Assembly: GCF_964213995.1 (NCBI RefSeq)
Contig: NW_027590418.1
Span: 248,001-312,000 of the forward strand
DNA from: Mustelus asterias
Lineage: Eukaryota
Reading direction: 5' to 3'
DNA length: 64,000 nt
The notes beneath the pieces are model-generated. The model was given only the letters and a program-made list of their open reading frames with translations. It was not told where the DNA came from and ran no database searches. The position numbers and the translations under genes are program-made. Of this stretch, positions 11,324 through 21,261 are shown piece after piece. Each line of letters starts with the position of its first letter. Position 1 is the stretch's first letter.

Positions 11324-12169
11324 TGCCGCGATCACCCGGAACGTGTACAGCCTGTTTAGAGAGCTGGACTTTTAATCACTCTCTCCCTTGGATACGCGCC
11401 ACAGTCACCCGATCAGTGAGACCTGTTGCCGATTTGGGTTTACTCTTTAAAATCAAAAAAGAACGGATAAAATACATTTAAATTGGGTTATTTTCTGTGG
11501 AAATGTCATCCGGGCAGCGCATGTTCCATGGTGCTTCCAAATTGGAATAATCGTGGTATTCCGTGAGTCAATATTAAAAGGATCCTTGTCTATTTCCTGT
11601 GATAAATCCCATTCCAGTCTGTGACACATTCTAAGTTCGGCTGCAGGGACGAGTGACAGACATTGAGTTTCCCAGACTCCATCGGAGTTGAAAGCTCTGG
11701 AAGACCAGTCAGGAGTGCTAAGGGACAGTCACTCCATATCTGAAAGCTTTCTGTGCCTATCTAGACAGAGCAGTATTCCGGGTAAGTTATGGGATATTTA
11801 ATGAAGTGGTAGAGGGCCAGACATTGAGAGAGGTCCCAAGGTCTCTCAGACCGGTTCGCTGTTCATTTGAACGAACAAAGGCAGCAATGCACCTGTTCGA
11901 TAAATAAACGACCAAGTCATCCCATTTTCACAGAAAAGTGGACAGGGATCGATAAATGTTATTCATTGCATTGCTATTTGTTACCATCTGGAGTAGAGCG
12001 CCGCAAACTATAAAGGAAGAGCATTCAATAGTAAATTTCAAAAAGGCATTGTCAGACCTTGAGAACGGAAAACAACTCGTGGAATGGGGGGTGAGAAGAG
12101 CAATTGGGAAAGGTCTTTCATTGAGCCACAGGGAGAGTCAATTGTTTCTGATCCATTCGCGCCCGTCCG

Positions 12170-12430
12170 ACACTATTTTTTCTCAGTCACTTGAGCAGTG
12201 AGCAGATGCAGGTTGTCACAGACTGCTGCAGGTTTCAGCTGTCGCTGTTTCCTCTCCATCACCTGCGACTGCCGCTGAGAACCCCGCACTTCCATCAGCT
12301 TTGAGTCTGCGGTGTCCCCGGTCACAGCTTCCGGTTGCTGCTATTCATTCCAACACCATTGTGCTTTTCTAGACAGTGCTGCCGCTGGTCGATTTCTGTC
12401 ATTGGTTAGATCAGAAGTTCAGTGCTTCAG
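12170..12430 (+). promoter_or_regulatory. Orphan family-F V promoter remnant (copy at ~22105-22365)
   Basis: Homologous to the V12 upstream region (TTCTCAGTCACTTG..AGTGAGCAG; TGCCGCTG..CATTGGTT.GATCAG); cut by a SINE tail, no V follows. Confidence 0.6.
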
Positions 12431-12887
12431 TCTATTCATTAGTGTAGCAAGTAAGCTTATATTAACACTGCAGTGAAGTTACTGTGGAAATCTCCTCGTC
12501 GCCACACTCCGGCGCCTGTTCGGGTACACTGAGGGAGAGTTTAGCATGGCTGATTAGCGACTGATTCAGGAAGTGGTGCGTGGTACTGTCGGATAATACA
12601 GCCTTTTTAACGAGGTGAGTCTGTGTTGAAATGATTATTGAGCAATCCAAGTATTCATAACTACAGCAGACTTTGACACATCCAATGTTTGGTTCTAGGA
12701 ATTGCTGGCGCAATCTCAGTTAACGGCCCTGGAAGATGATATAACAGTAATTTTTGGCTACATGATCTCTACATCTGAGAACTTTCATTACCGCTGCTCT
12801 GAAGTAGATTTGGAGGTTAACTGCATGCATTGCGCCATAAAGATATGTCTCATCATTTCGCAATCTGTTCCTCTGGTGACCTAGACA

Positions 12888-13205
12888 AGATGTGGAGATT
12901 CCGGCGTTGGACTGGGGTAAACACAGTAAGAAGTCTCACAACACCAGGTTAAAGTCCAACAGGTTTATTTGGTAGCAAAAACCACGAGCTTTCGGAGCGC
13001 TGCCCCTTCGTCAGGTGAGTGGGAGTTCTGATCACAAACAGGGCACAAAGACACAAACTCAATTTACATGAATAATGATTGGAATGTGAGTCTTTACAGC
13101 TAATCAAGTCTTAAAGGTACAGACAATGTGAGTGGAGGGAGCATTAAGCACAGGTTAAACAGATGTGTATTGTCTCCAGACAGGACAGCTAGTGAGATTT
13201 TGCAC
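12888..13205 (-). mobile_element. Penelope-like element end with hammerhead ribozyme core (copy at 22824-23140)
   Basis: Minus strand CACCTGACGAAGGGGCAGCGCTCCGAAAGCTC followed by AATAAACCTGTTGG. Confidence 0.7.
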
Positions 13206-14223
13206 AGGTTTTGCCACACTCTCTGACAGAGATTTTGCATCGAGAGACAGAGGGAGAGTGTGTGCGTGTGTCCCTGTGTGTGAGAGAGTTCAAAGTAACT
13301 TTCAAATACCTGGACTCCGCAATCTCTTTACTCCAGGATCAGCGTGGCAACCCTGTCTGACAGAGAATTAAACATTCCCACTGTTTTCTGTGTTAATAAA
13401 GTTTCTAACATCACCACAGCGCGACACTGGAAATGAGCTTCCTTGGGTTAGAAAGCGCTTTCGGACATCGGAAGTCTGTAAAAGGCATCAATAAAAATCT
13501 TTCTTTCTGTTTTCGTCTGAAATTTCTTTCTGGAGATTAAATTCATTGTCTTCATATTTCCACGGGCCAGAAAAGTTTACTTTTAATTTCATTTTTAAAA
13601 TTTAAATCCGTTTCTTTCCCGGATTGGGTTAATGAGTGGTCACCACCTCCTAGGATTTCCCGGATTCTGTCTCCAGTCGGTTCAGATATTCTTTCCGCTC
13701 CAGAGGACACAGGCAGTCTGGCAGGAATAAGAATCCGGGAACTGACCGAGGAGACAGTGCAGTGCTCCGGGAACGCTGCACCGTCAGAGCGGCCAGCCTC
13801 GCGGTGACCTGTTCAATCGGGGGCACCGTGTTCCCTCTCAGCTGGAGGTGATACATCACATGGTCACTGTTTCCAAGAAGAGCAGGAGAAATGTCCTGTT
13901 TGATATCTGTTCACCAACCACAATTCCTGAAACAGACAGAACACTACAATATTACTGAATGAAACGTCACACTGAGTCCAAATTGGCTGCTGTGTTTTGT
14001 ACAGTGACAGGGAAACACTTTGGGACATCAAACTCTACAAATAGTTAAATGTTCATTCCCTGAGCTGCCCCCATTGTTTTAGTTTGGTAATATATTTATA
14101 AATAATACATATATATATTAGAATTAAAAGTTTGAGATACCAGCACGATTTCAGGTTCCAGATCAGACTCACTCTGATCACAATGTTTGCCTAACGCTCT
14201 GTTATGTTGAGCGAGGCTCTGGC

Positions 14224-14262
14224 AGTTTTTGTACAGGTTCAGCCCAGCTCTGGGTCTCTGTG
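14224..14262 (-). other. 23-RSS of V6
   Basis: CACAGAG - 23 nt - ACAAAAACT. Confidence 0.92.
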
Positions 14263-15141
14263 GGTCTCAGTGCGCAGTAATAAACCCCGGAGTCTGCCAG
14301 CTCTGTTTTAGACACTTTCAGCGGGACTGTGCGGATTGTATAATTGAGTTCCGCTGAAAAACTGTCCCCTTTGGATCTCCCTGTGTTCCCGGTGTATTTA
14401 TTTGTCTGCAGCAGATATTCCATGGATCCACTGGGATACTGCCGGTACCAGAATAGATAAGGGTTGATGTCTGTAGATGTGTAATTACAGAGCAACCGAA
14501 CATCATCTCCTTCAGTGACGGTGACTGCAGCCGCTGTCTGTGAAACAGAATCTCCTCGGGAATGTCCTGGAAAAGTCCAAAGAAATATTAAATTAAACAT
14601 TGCAATTTATCTCAGTTTTCCCAGATATTCCCCGTTATCGGCAAAAATAATCTCAGAGAGAAATCAGACAGCAAAACAGAAACATATTTTTCACAGTTCA
14701 GCGGCTAGAAAGGGAAGGTGCTTGTGGCGATTAAATAAAACTTCCACCATAAACATTCTCTTCTTTCTAACGAGATCAGTTCCTCGTCTTCAGTCCCTGT
14801 AACTGGAAACTGCTCACTGTCTGTCTGTTTGAAATGTGATGTTTGCCAAAGCGGTTCACTGGTATCAGAGGAGCTGGAATCTGAGCCCAACTCATTCTCT
14901 ATCAATCCCTGGGGGAAATGTGCCGAATCCCAACAGTGTTCAGTGTTGAGACCAGAGAGATCCAAATAACTTTTCGATGTTGTGATCAATCCATTCCCTG
15001 ATCAACCCCCTTGCATTGAGCGAACCGCCCGACAGAATATAGTGTGTGGTAATGGTGTGTAACACAGAGTGAGCAACTTGTGAACTTACCGATTAACAGA
15101 GCTGCCGCTGTGAGGAATAAATACAGAGTAACAAGACACAT
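14263..15141 (-). CDS. TRAV: V6: TCR alpha/delta-type V segment, family E (leader 15090-15141, V exon 14263-14566)
   Basis: Leader MCLVTLYLFLTAAALLI with GTAAGT donor, ~520-bp intron; V exon GDSVSQT..LLCNY..WYRQYP..DSGVYYCALRP. Confidence 0.92.
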
Positions 15142-15403
15142 GTTTGCAGAGCTCGCGGTGAATTTGACCAGAACGAGTTGAAGCTGAATTTGTGTCGGTC
15201 AAGAGTTGGGAAAAGGGTGAGTCATATCCGGCTACCTGTTGATTGGTTTACCATTGAAAACGTCATCAGATGACATCCAATCGGATTCAACCTCCTATGT
15301 TCTTCAGTTCAACCAATGACCTCACAGTTCCTTTATCTGCAATTCATCCTATTGGCGGAGGGACGAATGGAACAAAGTGAAGTTGATCATCCCACGACAG
15401 GGG

Positions 15404-15633
15404 ATTACTTTCCCCTTCAACCGTCATTTCAGGAACCGACCATTCCCCTGAGTCCTGATGGCTCTGTTCTGACATGGAGAATGACAATATCCATCCTCAC
15501 AGCAACATAACAAGCAGTTTGTTATTAATCATGTTTGGGATAGCAGCTATCGTGCGGGGGAGGATGATTTTTTAGTCAAAACATCTACCTCATAAGAAGT
15601 GACAGAACAATGAATGGTCTGAGATATTTCCAT
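15404..15633 (-). pseudogene. Decayed family-F V pseudogene (leader, intron, start of FR1)
   Basis: Leader aligns to the V7 leader but the donor is lost; exon remnant QSHQDSGEWSVPEMTVEGESN versus V7 WSHQDEVEQLDPGIKVKEEND, then truncated. Confidence 0.7.
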
Positions 15634-16084
15634 ATGATGTTCTCTCAATTTGTAATTTTGCAGCCTGTCAAATCTTCTTTCAGAGTGGAAATATAGCTTG
15701 TCTCCCCATTGGACTGCTGATCCAATCAGTGCCAAACAGGGAAAAGCAACAAAGATCAACATCTCCAATAAAATATCAGAGTGCGAACAGCACAGGAAAA
15801 CTGTGGGTGGGGCTACCATAGGCAGTGTGGTGACCGCTGGGATTTATCTGCAAGGAGCTGAATTCAATAACAATGTCAAATTGGAAATTCTATAACTTTG
15901 TCTCTCTATATGAGAGGCAGCTGAATGTCCATTCCATACTGCGGACCAGCATTCTTGCACCAGGAGTATCGGGTTAGTAAGTGATTCAATACAAAGCGAA
16001 ATCCTCATCAGTGACGTGGATTGAAAATGGGACCCAATAGCTGAGCAACCGGATTGGAGAGGTCCTGATTTAATGTACAAGGGA

Positions 16085-17895
16085 ACAGAAAAAGAACAAC
16101 AAAGAACAATACAGCACAGGAACAGGCCCTTCGGCCCTCCAACCCCGCGCCGCTCCCCGGTCCAGGATTGAATCCTGAATCCAGGATCCCCGCCCAATTT
16201 TCCAGCCTATCTACATACCAATATCCTATCCACCAAGCTGTCCCTCACAGCTACGATGCTTTGTTCATTACAACCTATTAACTCACCCCCACCCCCCCAT
16301 TCCAGACCATGTGATCTCCAGGGAGAGGCGAAAACCCAGAGTGAAAAACCCCAGGGCCAATATGGGGAAAAAAAAAATCTGGGAAATTCCTCTCCGACCC
16401 CCTGAGGCGATCGAAACGAGTCCAGGAGATCACAATGGCCCTGATCGGAAAATGCTTCCCAACCCGAGTCATTTCCACTTCCACGAAAACCATATGAATT
16501 CCCTGCCCCCGAGACAGGTTCCCAACTATCCGCAGTCTCGCTCTGTACTGGCACCAGCAAGATGATCATAGAATGAAGCCTTGAAACGAGAAACCAGGAA
16601 CAATTAGCCCGCGCCGCTCCCTGGTCCAAACTAGACCACTCTTTTGTATCCCTCCATTCCCACTCCGTTCATATAGCTGTCTAGATAAGTCTTAAACGTT
16701 CCCAGTGTGTCCGCCTCCACCACCTTGCCCGGCAACACATTCCAGGCCCCCACGACCCTCTGTGTGAAATATGTCCTTCTGATATCCGTGTTAAACCTCC
16801 CCCCCTTCACCTTGAACCTATGACCCCTCGTGAACGTCACCACCGACCCGGGGAAAAGCTTCCCACCGTTCACCCTATCTATGCCTTTCATAATTTTATA
16901 CACCTCTATTAAGTCTCCCCTCATCCTCCGTCTTTCCAAGGAGAACAACCCCAGTTTCCCCAATCTCTCCTCATAACCAAGCCCCTCCATACCAGGCAAC
17001 ATCCTGGTAAACCTCCTCTGTACTCTCTCCAAAGCCTCCACGTCCTTCTGGTCGTGTGGCGACCAGAACTGGACGCAGTATTCCAAATGCGGCCGAACCA
17101 ACGTTCTATACATCTGCAACATCAGACCCCAACTTTTATACTCTATGCCCCGTCCTATAAAGGCAAGCATGCCATATGCCTTCTTCACCACCTTCTCCAC
17201 CTGTGACGTCACCTTCAAAGATCTGTGGACTTGCACACCCAGGTCCCTCTGCGTCTCTACACCCTTTATGGTTCTTCCATTTATCGTGTAGCTCCTCCCT
17301 ACATTATTCCCACCAAAATGCATCACTTCGCATTTATCAGGATTGAACTCCATCTGCCATTTCCTTGCCCAAATTTCCAGCCTATCTATATCCTTCTGTA
17401 GCCTCTGACAATGTTCCTCACTATCTGCAAGTCCTGCCAGTTTTGTGTCGTCCGCAAACTTACTGATCACCCCAGTTACTCCTTCTTCCAGATCATTTAT
17501 ATAAATCACAAACAGCAGAGGTCCCAATACAGAGCCCTGCGGTACACCACTAGTCACAGGCCTCCAGCCGGAAAAAGACCCTTCCACTACCACCCTCTGT
17601 CTTCTATGACCAAGCCAGTTCTCCACCCATCTAGCCACCTCCCCCTTTATCCCATGGGATCCAACCTTTTTCACTAGCCGACCATGAGGGACTTTGTCAA
17701 ACGCTTTACTAAAGTCCATATAGACAACATCCACGGCCCTTCCTTCGTCAACCATTTTCGTCACTTCTTCAAAAAACACCACCAGGTTAGTGAGGCATGA
17801 CCTCCCTCTCACAAAACCATGTTGACTATCGTTAATGAGTATATTCCTTTCTAAATGCGCATACATCCTATCTTTAAGAATCTTCTCCAACAACT
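16085..17895 (-). mobile_element. Young 5'-truncated CR1 LINE (RT core to C-terminus, 3'UTR, microsatellite tail)
   Basis: 420-aa uninterrupted ORF with QHGF, YMDFSKAFD, GVPQGSVLGP and KFADD motifs; tail TTCTTTGTTGTTCTTT. Confidence 0.97.
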
Positions 17896-18213
17896 TTAAT
17901 GCTTATGTTAAAGACTTGAAAGGAAATGTGCAGAATTTCCATAAATCAGCAGACATGGACAGTTTGCAACAAATAGGCAGAGAAGGGCATCGAAAACGAA
18001 AGAAAAAGTGTTGAAGTAGCTCAGATCGATATTGCAAATGTAAGCTCCGACCATTAACTAATGTAACTGCAACTGGACCACACCAGTTGCTGTTTTTGAG
18101 TGTTGTCTTTTGTTGCAATGTTAAGAATCTCTGTCACTCTCTCTGTGGAAATTGAATTACCCGCGTGTGTGCGCGCGCACCCTGCTGGGAACTAACTGGA
18201 ACTGCCAGTGTGG

Positions 18214-18253
18214 GGTTTTTGTACGGGATTCGCTATATCTCTGCAGCAGTGTG
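18214..18253 (-). other. RSS of V7 (24-nt spacer)
   Basis: CACACTG - 24 nt - ACAAAAACC. Confidence 0.88.
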
Positions 18254-18751
18254 GGCTTCATGGCACAGAAGTACCCGGCGCTGTCGGAAATCAGTGTGTT
18301 ACTGATCGTTAGCTCGCTAGTCTTGTTCTTTTTATCAAATTTGGAAGAAAACCGATCATTGAGGTCGGGATTCTTTTGTACATTCTCTCCAATAAGCTTA
18401 AACATGTACACTGGAGCTTTCCCGGGCTGCTGACTGTACCAGTACACATAAGGGTTGGAATCGCTTGTTTTCAAAGCGCAGGTTAGTGTGACATCATTTT
18501 CCTCTTTAACCTTTATTCCAGGATCCAATTGTTCCACTTCGTCTTGGTGGCTCCATTCTAACAGAAACAACAGCAATATGACAATCAGAGTTAGCCTCAG
18601 ATTAAACGATACAATTATCATCATCACTATTGTTTTATCAACAAGAATATCTGGGTTACAGCAGTCAGGAGGAGCTTGTAGTTTTACTGGGAAGAAAATG
18701 CTTACTGAGAAGTGAGAGAATGATGAGGATCGGAGTGAGATAGTTCACCAT
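18254..18751 (-). CDS. TRAV: V7: TCR alpha/delta-type V segment, family F (leader 18706-18751, V exon 18254-18557)
   Basis: Leader MVNYLTPILIILSLL; V exon QDEVEQ..LTCAL..WYSQQPGKAP..DSAGYFCAMKP. Confidence 0.92.
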
Positions 18752-19854
18752 GATGCTTCCTGAGTCTGTAACTCTGCAATGAGTGAAATCCTGTCAGAGA
18801 CAGAAAGACACTGTTCCAGTGCACTGCTGATCCAACCAATGAGAGGAATGGAGCAGCGGCAGCAATCCGTCCAATCACGAGAGCAGAAAACGGAAGTCGT
18901 GGGCGGGGATGCAGTAGACAAAATATTGAGTGAAGTGTGCGGCAGCTTCAGCTGCACCCGGAACAGAAATAGCGAGACTTCCATCTCCGGAATCTGTCAC
19001 CATTCTGCACCTGCTCACTATCCAAGTGACTGAGAAGAAATAGAGAGGGAGGGGCATTACGGGGCCAGGGACATGAACAAAATAGAAACATAGCGTATCA
19101 ATGCAGGAGATGTGGCCACTCGGCCCATGGTATCTTTGCCTAACAGATTTCAGAGTTGACAGATTTCTTCAATTCATCTTTCAAACCTCGAATCTCTCAC
19201 AGTCACGGACATTTTTCTGCTTTCAACTTATCTCTCATTTCCTTCTAAAACTTACTATTATCTCTTCTTCCGCCATCTCTTTCAACACCGCAGGGCCTAG
19301 ATAAGAGTCGGTGCAGACTTGATGGGCCGAATGGCCTCCTTTTGCACTGTAGGGATCCGATGACCACCTTCCAAGTTTAACAAATCGGAGAGTAATCAAT
19401 TAATCTAATCTTTCCATTGCACTCTCCCCTCCTAAAGTAGACGCTTGTGTTTTCCAAAGTTCTGCCGGCGGAAACACTTTCCCGGAGTTGAGCTGAACAT
19501 CAAACCTTGGCTTTAAAGGAATAAACAATTTATGGGAAGCAGAAAAGGAAGCTTAACTGGCAGATAGATTCTACTGGGAGACCTGTATTAGCAAAATCTT
19601 CCTTATATTTGTTTCAAAACAGAGCTTTTTCTCATAAACCTTGGCTGTGGATCCCGGTGTTGCTTGTACCACTGGCCCACATGAAGGCAGGACCTCCCTG
19701 CTTCTGATTAGATCTTAATTCCGCAACCTCAGGGCTGGATATTCACATCAGCTCCGGGAGAGATGTTTCAGATCAGCTGTTAATTCCCATCAACTCAGGG
19801 CTGAATATTCAGATCAGCTCCAGGAGAGATGTCTCTGACCCACAATCCAGACCC

Positions 19855-20500
19855 ACTGACGTCACTCGCAGTTCACAGTGACGTCACATGGGCTACAGGG
19901 TGACGTCACACATTCTGACGCCACACATATCCGCATTCCGACGTCACAATACACGATGTTCTGACGTCTGACGTTGGGCGTCACGGTGCCACAGTGGTTA
20001 GCACAGCTGCCTCACAGCGCCCCCGGTTCGATTCCAGCCTCGGGTCACTGTCTGTCTGGAGTTTGGATGTTCTCCCCGTGTCTGCGTGGGTTCCCTCCGG
20101 GTGCTCCGGTTTCCTCCCACAGTCCCAAGATGTGCGGGTTAGGTTGACTGGCCGTGCTGAATTGCTCCCTCGTGTCAGGGGGATTCGCGGGGTAAAGATG
20201 TGAGGTTACGGGGAGAGGGTCTGGGTGGGGCTGTGGTCGGTGCGGGTTCAATGGGCCGAATGGTCTCTTTCTGCACTGTAGGCATTCTATGATTCTATGA
20301 GGTTCCAATGCCGCGGATGCTCTGACGTCAGAATGCCGGATGTTCTGACGTCAGAATGCCGGATGTTCTGACGTCAGAATGCCGGATGTTCTGACGTCAG
20401 AATGCCGGATGTTCTGACGTCAGAATGCCGGGTGTTCTGACGTCAGAATGCCGGATGTTCTGACGTCACAATGCCGGATGTTCTGACGTCACAATACCGG
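19855..20500. promoter_or_regulatory. CRE-rich region with a 23-bp tandem CRE/ETS array (8 copies, 20321-20500), split by a SINE
   Basis: 11 perfect TGACGTCA; unit CTGACGTCAGAATGCCGGATGTT. Confidence 0.8.
19977..20300 (+). mobile_element. HE1-like V-SINE
   Basis: tRNA head, V-domain core and tail ending ATTCTATGATTCTATG. Confidence 0.9.
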
Positions 20501-20719
20501 ATGCTCTGCCGCATGCGCACTCTCCTCCCCCGCACTATCAATGCTGAAGCTCCCTCACTGATTCACTTTGTGATCACAAGTCCCAGCGACCCGGCTCCCA
20601 CCGCCACTCTGTGACTGGTTTGGGGCTCGGTTTGATATCCAATAGCATTGCTTTCCCAGGAGCTTCTCTCAGCCTGGGATCTGCTGACAGCTGTTTCACA
20701 CAAGCCGATAGGATCCAAC

Positions 20720-21222
20720 ATGTTTCTGAACTTCACTTTGGTGATTATTTTCCTGGATTTCTTACTGTTCCCTCAGTGTAAGTGTGGTCACTATTTCTGA
20801 CAGCAATATTTCACACCTCAGCAATGTTATGTTCTGTTAAATTGTACTCAGCTTTATTGTGTCATCTCGAATTGTGAATACAATGGTACTTTATTGTGCT
20901 ACATTATAGTACGATATGTTCTTACTGCAAATGTACATATTCTTCCCAGGTGCCGCTGGCAGTGAAGAGCTATCACAGTCTCCGGAGTCAGTGGTTGTTA
21001 CCGAGGGAGCCACTGCATCGTTGAACTGTTCAGCTGCAGTAACTGGACAGGTCCTTCATTGGTACAGACAAAATCCAGACAGAACCGTGCAGCACCTGGT
21101 GAGCGGTACCAGCGATCAGGGCAGGATCACGGCTCAGTACAGTTTCTCAGAGAACCACAGCGTTCTGAATGTTAGTGAAGCTCGGCTGACAGACACCGCC
21201 ACCTATTTCTGTGCGATGCAGG
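20720..21222 (+). CDS. TRAV: V8: TCR alpha/delta-type V segment, family D (leader 20720-20777, V exon 20950-21222)
   Basis: Paralog of V5; V exon ends DTATYFCAMQ. Confidence 0.92.
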
Positions 21223-21261
21223 CACAGTGTAGCAAAGACCGTACAGGGCCGTACAAAAACC
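21223..21261 (+). other. 23-RSS of V8
   Basis: Perfect CACAGTG - 23 nt - ACAAAAACC. Confidence 0.96.

Larger units (their letters stand above)
10557..16066. repeat. Segmental duplicate Y (direct copy at 20495-26032)
   Basis: Colinear copies carrying V5/V8, V6/V9, pseudogenes and the same repeat insertions. Confidence 0.95.
18172..19480. repeat. Inverted segmental duplicate of ~31765-33109
   Basis: Reverse-complement near identity across V7/V12, promoter and upstream flank. Confidence 0.93.

Noticed and set aside
13990-14025. TGTTTTGT..CACTTTG as a possible 12-RSS / J segment
   Set aside because: Spacer is about 15 nt, both elements are degenerate, no FGxG motif follows, and the duplicate is further mutated.
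16395-16430. CTGAGGCGATCGAAAC as a hammerhead core in the CR1 3'UTR
   Set aside because: Lacks the conserved A9 of CUGANGA and is antisense to the element.
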